A stretch of DNA of 64,000 nt from Octopus bimaculoides (taxonomy: Eukaryota): NCBI RefSeq assembly GCF_001194135.2, contig NC_068987.1, forward strand, positions 4,853,564-4,917,563. The letters are read 5' to 3'. Below the pieces are notes generated by a model, which saw nothing but the letters and a program-made list of their open reading frames with translations, had not been told where the DNA came from and ran no database searches. This document shows, in pieces, positions 59,961 to 64,000 of this stretch. Both the position numbers and the translations under genes were made by a program. Position 1 is the first letter of the stretch; the number at the start of each line of letters is the position of its first letter.

Positions 59961-62900
59961 GTGAATCTCCTAAAAGGGCCACCCATGCCATTTGCGTTTA
60001 ACAAAATGTAACAACGTTCATTCCGTCTTTCTTAAAAACGTTCCAAATGTGGCAATCTCTCATAAGAGAGATGAGACTGAAAAATACCTGATACTCACCC
60101 TACCATTTTTTTTCTTTTTTAAAAAATATTTTAGAAAATGTAATACAGAATATTCTGCATGAAAAATTAAGCAAAAATAGAACTTAGAATGGCTTTTATC
60201 AGAGATGAACGGGATCAGGGTTAGCCCAGAATAAAGTAATAATAACTTGTAACATACGCGTGCGCACGCACCAACATATTAAAAATAGGGATTATTCCTC
60301 GCCAGTACATGACTTTGAGGTTAAATAATTTTTTGCTTCACTCACTGGCCTGTGGCCATACTGGGGCACCACCTTGAACCCCAATACTTCTTTTTCCTTT
60401 TAAATTTTGTACTTATTCTATGGACAGTTTTGCCACACTGATAAGTTATGAGGACGTAAGCAAACTAACACTGGTTATCAAGTGATGGGAATGTGCAGTT
60501 GATATTATTGAAATAGATAAATCCTCATCTTTACATTTACTTGTAGTAAAGATACACACTTTTCATGAAATTTGGAATTAACATATCACTGCATTGAATC
60601 TGGCTGCTGTTGATTATCACTACCCGTGTGGGCCTCTACAACCACACCAGAGGCTGCACCACCATCAGCAGTTGACACAATTTTTCAGATGCAGATCCAT
60701 GGTTCCTCGAGACCAACGGATGCTTACTGGTCAGCATTTATATACCAGACTTTTATGATCAAAGGGCTTTTCAAAAATGATTTAGCTGCTATCTCAGATC
60801 TTTTCTGTTTGGCTGCCATTTTTCAATTTCTTCAATTTTTGTTCCAATTGGTTGTATATTTGGAGTGTTGATGTAGTTTTGTATGGTAATCATTGACATG
60901 AAATTCATTTTTGCCATAAATAAATAAATAATTTTGCAAATTTTGGGTAATTTTAGCCAATCGAATGCTACCGACATATAGGTGCCTGTTTCCAAGCTGT
61001 TACTAAAGTGCTTAACCGCATGGACATTTTTCGCTTATTAAATACTTAAAACACTTGAAATATGAGATGGTCGTCAGATACGCTAAAAATAATAGCTAAA
61101 ATGGCCTTAAATCACGCACCCAAACTTTGTTTTGTTTGTGTTTTTTTTGTATTTTTTTTTTTGCATTATCGTATGAATTTCCGATTCATAAGAATTTTCT
61201 GAAAATTCCAAAATATAAAAAACTTATAAGAGGTTATATGGGATGCGTAAAGCAAAATTTCCGCCATGAAATTATTTGTTGATGAATACTATGAAAACGG
61301 TTTTGCCAACACAGAAATTGTTAGTCAGACAACCTCATCATTGAATCCAACAGCGCCGGGTTTGAATCCGACTTGCAACAAGCATAATAAAAATTGGGTC
61401 AAAATGAATGTTTTCAAAACAAGCGGAATATCACGCGGACATTCTTTATGCTGTTAATAACGAAAGAATACCAACGCGCGAGCTGTTGGGTTATACTTTA
61501 TTGAGACATGAATAAACAAATTCATGTCTCAATAAAGACAGAATCGCAAAAATTTTGGGAAATTTCGTAAAAATGAAAAAGTTATGAGGGGTTTTAGTAC
61601 GTGCTTCGATCCGAACTCCGCCAATTCCATCTAATTTTATTTCGCCAATTATTTAATGAATATTTGCGTTGTTATAAAGCAATATTTTGTTGTAAGAGAA
61701 TTAAACTAAACGAATTTAATGAAACTAACACAGCTTCCTGTTTGTCTATCAAACAGGAAGCTGCCATTTCTAGCATGCTACAATTACAACGTCAACCTTA
61801 CATTTTATCACACAACAAATTGGTTATAAATTCACTCCAATAACTAAAAGAAGTCCACTTACAACGGCGCTAATAATGAAGAATGGGGCTACCATTTAAC
61901 TACCAGACTTTCATGATCAAAGGCATTTCAAAATTAATTTAGCTGCTATCTCTAGGTTTCAGAAAGTTATTTTACAGGGGAGGAAAATGCGGCGAGATGG
62001 CACGTCGTACAAAATGCTTAGCAACATTTTGTCCGGCTTTACGTTTTGATTCAAATTCCGCCGAAGTCGACTTTGCCTTTCATCTTTTCGCAGTCGATAA
62101 AATAAGTACCATTTTATTCTACAGTATAGTTATTATACTGTAAAGATAAGTAATGGTTCTAACATAGAATACTGTTGCTGAATAAAAGATAAATTGTAAC
62201 TGTGTATACAAAGAAATGCTTGAAAAACGCCACATCTAAAGAGAAATAAATTTTACATATCTTTTTTAAATCATACTGTCGCCCTAATAAATCGAAAGTG
62301 AAAGATAGAGAGACATTTTTATATTCTATATAAAAGCGAGTGTATGCGGTTAGCCCCGAAAGGCTCTGAAACCGTGCATCCTCGAGAAAAATGAATTTAA
62401 TTTTCGAAATCTGCATCCCATAGGGAATGTTGTCCGTAAATAATAAGAAAAAATATAATTTGCTGCGAGAAATAACTTAATTTTTAGATTGACAACTTTC
62501 CCACTCTCTATCACCGTCATTCTACCTCTCTCTATTATTTACCCCCCCCCCCTCTCTCTGTTTATATAAATTATCTCTCTCGCATTGCGTTCATTTTGTT
62601 TAAAACTTCGTCTTCTAATTTTTACTTTCATTTTATGGCAGCTATCACGTACGAATCCGAATTTCTGATTGGATTAAAATAATAAAACATAAAATCTCTG
62701 TAGCATTTTTCAAAAATTTATCTGGAATAAATTAATCACAAATTCTGATTCAGCGTCAAAAAGGACATCAATATACTAAATGTGAAAATTTTCATTTAAT
62801 TTTAAAATTTCAAAAAATCTGTGGCAGCAACAAAAAAGATCTCCCTATTTGTTTATTGCTTTCATTTTTTTTTCTCATAGTAAACGTTTCAACTTTCTCT

Positions 62901-64000
62901 ACATATATTTACTATTCTCTCTCTCTCTTTCTCTAAAAGCATGTAGCTCACGCTGAATATCTGTGTGTGTTTGTCAATATGTGTGTGCATATGTGTATAG
63001 AATTTCGTTATGGCGACAGTGATTTTAAAAAGATATGTAAAAGATAGTTTATTTTAATTGCATACTTTTCTGTAGTAAATATGTTTTTTTTTACACACAT
63101 AAAGGGACTCGCTTGATGTGGAGTGGGGGATTAAAAATTTAAGTTACAAATTTTTTGTTGTTGCTTAAATCCCATCAATGGACCACAACATCATCACTCC
63201 TTAAAATTTGCTTATGGGGTGGGGAAATATTTAAAAATAGCAATGCATGTGACAAAGAAATGAGGAAGGTACCACATGATCGTGATATGTGCAAGAAACA
63301 ACAGCTAAATTTCCCTTAAATCACACACCTATTTCGTCTGAAAATTATTTTGAACTTATAAAGAGAAAAAAAAATTGCAGATTCGGACTCTCCGTATTTT
63401 AAAACTATGATTTAAAAATTTCGAAAAAAAAAAAATTTTAGGATTTGGGGAGGGTAGTAATGATTTTTAAAAAAAATTTACCATTGTTTTTAAATTACTT
63501 TTTATTTTCTGTTTCAAAATAAAGTGGTGATTGTAATGATAATCACCGATTTCCAATTTTTTTTTTTTTTTAACCTTGAAGGTGCAAAAAAAAATTGACC
63601 AAAATCGCTACTGAGTTGGGGAAAAGGGTTTGAAAAAAATCATAGACTTTCAGGTTTTTTGGGGTTTTTTTTCTCAGTGCGTTGTACAAAAAAAATGGAC
63701 AAAATTAGTCTGGAATGTAGGGAAAGGGGAGATTTATAAATTTTTAAAAATTGTTTTTCATAAAAAGCTTCTCCCCATCATTTGTAAGGGTTTGGTCGGC
63801 GAGAAAGATTGTCGGGGGTTCGTGAGAGAGGTTGTCGGAGGTTGGCGAGAGGCAAAGACATTATTCTGCTTAGCGAAGGCTTCTGGGAAATATATAACTG
63901 CTGTCATTCACAGAAAAACTATTGTTTTACCATGAGAAAAGCGCTGTTGAAGTGTTAAGTGAAATTTGGCAATCGAGGATCGAATCCACGCTATGTCTGC

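Overview
Eukaryotic, AT-rich, repeat-dense genomic DNA from a gapped draft assembly (8 N-runs). The SINE families and microsatellite load look like an octopus (coleoid cephalopod) genome; this is inference. Two intron-containing genes can be rebuilt exon by exon with consistent GT-AG phases, and they converge tail-to-tail. (1) FANCE (Fanconi anemia group E) on +, 10 coding exons, 6571-16230, about 505 aa (528 aa from the ATG at 6502). (2) SETDB1/eggless H3K9 methyltransferase on -, 30 coding exons, 59591-17832, about 1408 aa, with triple Tudor, MBD, pre-SET, bifurcated SET and post-SET. The rest is tRNA-derived SINEs, RTE-LINE fragments, MITEs and microsatellites. The most unusual signal is in the SETDB1 introns: at least four unrelated short repeat families carry minimal type I hammerhead-ribozyme motifs of the Penelope-like/retrozyme kind. 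Two of these families are asymmetric palindromes flanked by 12-14 bp target-site duplications. One family joins head-to-head tRNA-derived Pol III promoters to hammerhead-bearing tails. Most copies are decayed. One hammerhead (39391-39450, SETDB1 sense strand) keeps an intact core and a GUC cleavage triplet. Repeat boundaries were read by eye and are approximate.
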